A DNA stretch of 61,469 bases, filler included, from Gemmatimonadota bacterium (GTDB lineage: Bacteria > 4572-55 > J002), in NCBI GenBank assembly GCA_003697105.1. It is 4 parts of 4 records of this genome, joined end to end, with 100 filler letters (N's around TTAATTAATTAA, not from the genome) between each part and the next. Parts side by side here need not be neighbours in the genome. Positions count along the whole stretch, not along the records: positions 56,340 to 61,469 come from RFFQ01000066.1; 3 more parts are not named here. One strand, 5' to 3'. Position numbers and translations under genes: made by a program. Shown here in pieces: positions 58,390 through 61,469 of the stretch; positions within the stretch are counted from its first letter, which is position 1, and every line of letters begins with the position of its first letter. Under the pieces are notes generated by a model. The model had not been told where the DNA came from and did not search any database. It was given only the letters and a program-made list of their open reading frames with translations.

Positions 58390-59371
58390 AATAGTGCCTC
58401 CACTTCCAAAGACCTACTAAAAACCCCCATCCATATGAAAAATGCAAAACAAAAAAAATAAGGGGTAGCCAAAATAGAGACCCCCATTGTTGGCGGGCAA
58501 TAATAATGCTTGTGATCAGATTTGCTATCACATACGGAATCACCACCGGTACAAGCCACCCAATATGTTGCGTGATCACGAATCCACTAAGCGTTACGAT
58601 TAATCCAACGACAAAGCATACGGGTACTAGATGTCGCCAAGAGGGAATTTGTCCTCGTTTTTGGATCACTCGAACTTTATACAGGCCGTATTGATAATAT
58701 TGCTTCCATAACGTTCTTAAACTAGCGCGGCTGTAATAGATGGATTTGATGGAAGGGTCAAGCCAAATTTTTCCACCGGCTTGAATCAACCGGAAATTAA
58801 ATTCATCGTCTTGATTGCGGACGAGTTCCTCATCAAACAGCCCAATTCGATCAAAAACATCACGATGATATGCCCCAAAAGCCAAGGTATCAACATACTT
58901 TCCTTTATTCGATCCAACTCGAAATGAAACACCTCCCACTCCAAAAGGGGAACTTTGAGCGGCGGCTATTGCTTTTGCCATACGGGTTTCACCAATGGTG
59001 TTCAAGGTGCCACCTACACAATCTGCTTTTGTTTCCGCTAATTGTTTGACGCACGTTTGGATGTAATTCAGGGGAATTTCACAATGTCCGTCAACACGAA
59101 CAATCACCTCACCTTTAGCTTGCTTCACTGCTCGATTAAAGCCGGTGGGGACAATTTGTTGAGGATTATCAATCAACACAATATTAGAATGTTGTTGCTG
59201 ATACGATCGAATAATATCGCGAGTTTGGTCTGTGGACATGCCATCCGCGATAATAATTTCCATTCGATCTGGCGGATAGTCTTGCGCTAAAACAGAACCT
59301 AAACTTTTTTCAATATAAGCCTCTTCGTTTCGGATCGGCATGATAACGGTGACAAAGGGCATATTCATCAT
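58367..59371 (-). CDS. Glycosyltransferase family 2 (ExoA-like)
   Basis: PIRNEE, DGMSTD, RVDGH and RNQDDEFNFR. Confidence 0.9.
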   Translation of the reverse strand: MMNMPFVTVIMPIRNEEAYIEKSLGSVLAQDYPPDRMEIIIADGMSTDQTRDIIRSYQQQHSNIVLIDNPQQIVPTGFNRAVKQAKGEVIVRVDGHCEIPLNYIQTCVKQLAETKADCVGGTLNTIGETRMAKAIAAAQSSPFGVGGVSFRVGSNKGKYVDTLAFGAYHRDVFDRIGLFDEELVRNQDDEFNFRLIQAGGKIWLDPSIKSIYYSRASLRTLWKQYYQYGLYKVRVIQKRGQIPSWRHLVPVCFVVGLIVTLSGFVITQHIGWLVPVVIPYVIANLITSIIIARQQWGSLFWLPLIFFVLHFSYGWGFLVGLWKWRHYFGATKRS

Positions 59372-59373
59372 AT

Positions 59374-60390
59374 TTATTTTAGTATTTGGTAATAAAGATC
59401 GATGATTTTAGCCGCCACCTGTTTTTCATCTAAAATACGTACTTTATCTCGCCCATTGAACGTATTGCTTTCATTAAATTTTAAGGCATATTCAAGTCCT
59501 TCTGCAATGGTTTCTGGTTGGTCATCTTTACATACAACACAACCTTCAATATCTTCCAAGCGATGACGAATATCACCAACATCTACAGCTACAACAGGAA
59601 GATTACAGGCAAGAGCCTCTTTAATCACAGCAGGGGATCCCTCATGTTTTGAGGTCAAGATAAAAACATCACAAGCGCTCATATATAACGGGATTTGAGT
59701 ATGAGGGACATTAGAAACCGTAATTAACTCTACATTTCCCACACGTTGGTTAAGACTAGAAACAGCCTCCACAGCTAAATAATGGCGTTTGATCGGGTTT
59801 CGTGGATTTGCCGCAAACAAAACTAATTTTTTGTCTAAGGGTAGATTTAATAAGGAACGAGCCTCTTTTTTTAGTGTGGGTTTAAATAGATCAAAATCTA
59901 TACCACTGGGAATAACCTTTGCCCGATTTGGATCCGGTAAATATTGTGCTAGATTTTCAGAAACAACGATTAAGGCAGAGGCAAACCGGGATACATTTGC
60001 GCTTATCCACTGCAACACGCGCCCAGATAAAGTAAATTTTCCATCTTCGCCAATATACCCTTGCAGATCGCTACCTTGATATGTTATAACGAGAGGAACA
60101 CCGGAGCCAAGTGCTAACAACGCACTTTGTCCCCAATGGACATGAATAATATCAAAAGTTTTCAAATTATAACATTTCCTTAATTCAAACCAGAATTTTA
60201 TGTAATTTAAGGGGTTCTTCCGACCTCGAAAGTGGTACACTTCAGTATCAACCCCCGCTTGTTGAATAAAGCGGATTTGCTGAACAACAAAAGGTGCCCA
60301 ATGAGGATGTTCCTCAGTAGGCCATTCGCTTGTAATATATAATACTCGCAGAGGTTTGTTAGACTTCACAAAAAACATTCCTTTTTTCAC
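59374..60390 (-). CDS. Glycosyltransferase family 4
   Basis: EGSPAVIKEALACNLPVV (EX7E motif). Confidence 0.9.
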   Translation of the reverse strand: MKKGMFFVKSNKPLRVLYITSEWPTEEHPHWAPFVVQQIRFIQQAGVDTEVYHFRGRKNPLNYIKFWFELRKCYNLKTFDIIHVHWGQSALLALGSGVPLVITYQGSDLQGYIGEDGKFTLSGRVLQWISANVSRFASALIVVSENLAQYLPDPNRAKVIPSGIDFDLFKPTLKKEARSLLNLPLDKKLVLFAANPRNPIKRHYLAVEAVSSLNQRVGNVELITVSNVPHTQIPLYMSACDVFILTSKHEGSPAVIKEALACNLPVVAVDVGDIRHRLEDIEGCVVCKDDQPETIAEGLEYALKFNESNTFNGRDKVRILDEKQVAAKIIDLYYQILK

Positions 60391-60562
60391 CGTAACTCTA
60401 CAACGATAGCTATAGTTTTTTATCGTCTGCTAAGGTAAAATATTAATGTGGTTGGTGGAATCTAAAACTTCAAAAGTATTCAAAATTTAAATTATCGTAA
60501 TCAACATATTGTAGAGGAAGTATAACTCTAATACCATATATTCTCTATACATGGTTGTGCAG

Positions 60563-61469
60563 CTACTCTTCATCAAGAGTAATAGAACCTAGTCCAAATA
60601 ACAATGCAGGTGCCGCCAGACGCATAGCCGCGTGCCCCATGTAAAGAAATGCCCATATGGTTACGGAGACTATAACGGCTTTTTCTAACGGACTGGTTTT
60701 ACGTGTTAATCTTGAAAATAAAATTAGAACTAAAACAAGAAGTGCTAATAGCCCGAAAGAACCGTGCTCAGCCAGCATTCGTGTCGGTTCTGTATGGGAT
60801 GCGGCTTTTTTATGAAACGTTAAAATGTGGTATTCGGGTGATTGTCCTAGACCCACACCAAAAAGAGGATGTTCCTGAAAAATGAGTAGGTCAGCTTTTG
60901 CTATATCATCCCGTCCCGTAGGGTCAATATTACCAAAACGTTTTCCTAAATTCCCTGAAGTAAACTCATCAAGTTTCGGGAATATTACAAAATTCAGCAA
61001 CAAGGCAGTGATGATAAATCCAAAGAAGAGGTAAAAAGTAATTTTTTTATCTCGGATTAAATACAACGAAGCAGCAACAATAGCTCCCAGAGCATTATAA
61101 ACACCGCCGCGGGAAAAGGTCAATGCTGATTGAGAAAAACACCAAATAATGCAAAAAATTAGCACATACCGCATCATTAATAGATTCGAAGGTACAATAA
61201 AAAGGCACAAAAAAGCAACAAATGCACCGAGTCCCATAATAGCAGAGACTTGATTTGGAGCAAAACCCAATGAAGTGATTTTATTATCAACAGCAGCATG
61301 TGTGAATATGATATCTTCAGTAGTAAAAACCGTGAAAGACGCTAAAATAACCAAGCTCATAATCGGGATTAAAATGAAAAGAAAAATTTGAAAAATTTCA
61401 TGTTTCTTAACCCTTAAGCCACTGAAATACAGCGAAGCGAGCATCAAAACAAAAGGACCACTAAGATTA
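60563..61469 (-). CDS. O-antigen ligase/polymerase (Wzy_C) family, partial at window edge
   Basis: Multi-TM protein with TFSRGG, GR, HPLFGVG and HT...LAEHG. Confidence 0.82.
   Translation of the reverse strand, partial: NLSGPFVLMLASLYFSGLRVKKHEIFQIFLFILIPIMSLVILASFTVFTTEDIIFTHAAVDNKITSLGFAPNQVSAIMGLGAFVAFLCLFIVPSNLLMMRYVLIFCIIWCFSQSALTFSRGGVYNALGAIVAASLYLIRDKKITFYLFFGFIITALLLNFVIFPKLDEFTSGNLGKRFGNIDPTGRDDIAKADLLIFQEHPLFGVGLGQSPEYHILTFHKKAASHTEPTRMLAEHGSFGLLALLVLVLILFSRLTRKTSPLEKAVIVSVTIWAFLYMGHAAMRLAAPALLFGLGSITLDEE

Overview
Bacterial draft-genome window made of four contigs joined by artificial 100-nt N linkers that carry TTAATTAATTAA (14268-14367, 34427-34526, 56240-56339). Adjacency across these gaps is unproven. 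Gene content (FG-GAP/FlgD-Ig secreted proteins, many TPR proteins, MglA, Wzi, YjbH) points to a diderm, possibly FCB-like lineage; this is inference. Contig 1 has an integron-type attC site, a decayed IS110/IS91 chimera, lipA, an ECF sigma/anti-sigma pair, and an S2P-TPR-MglA-(DUF4388/MshEN/Roadblock)-pseudoPLD-TPR cluster. Contig 2 has RAYT and helicase remnants, an asparaginase-RppH fusion operon, an adenylate cyclase, asd, a stand-alone fusA, trpG/pabA, a large FG-GAP protein, and an orphan ParA + small partner + internally duplicated unknown protein. Contig 3 has the radical SAM-rne-rplU-rpmA-tmk-pilD block, wzi, rhomboid, accC, a CxxC-less TrxB-like protein, mscS and a BglII-like restriction-modification pair. 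Contig 4 has an IS66-like end and a surface-polysaccharide cluster. The best candidates for undescribed systems are the ParA triad with a palindromic operator, the MglA module with a putative c-di-GMP-sensing Roadblock partner, the attC/attI-like cassette holding IS debris, and an orphan structured RNA-like element. All family calls come from motif recognition by eye; no database searches were run.
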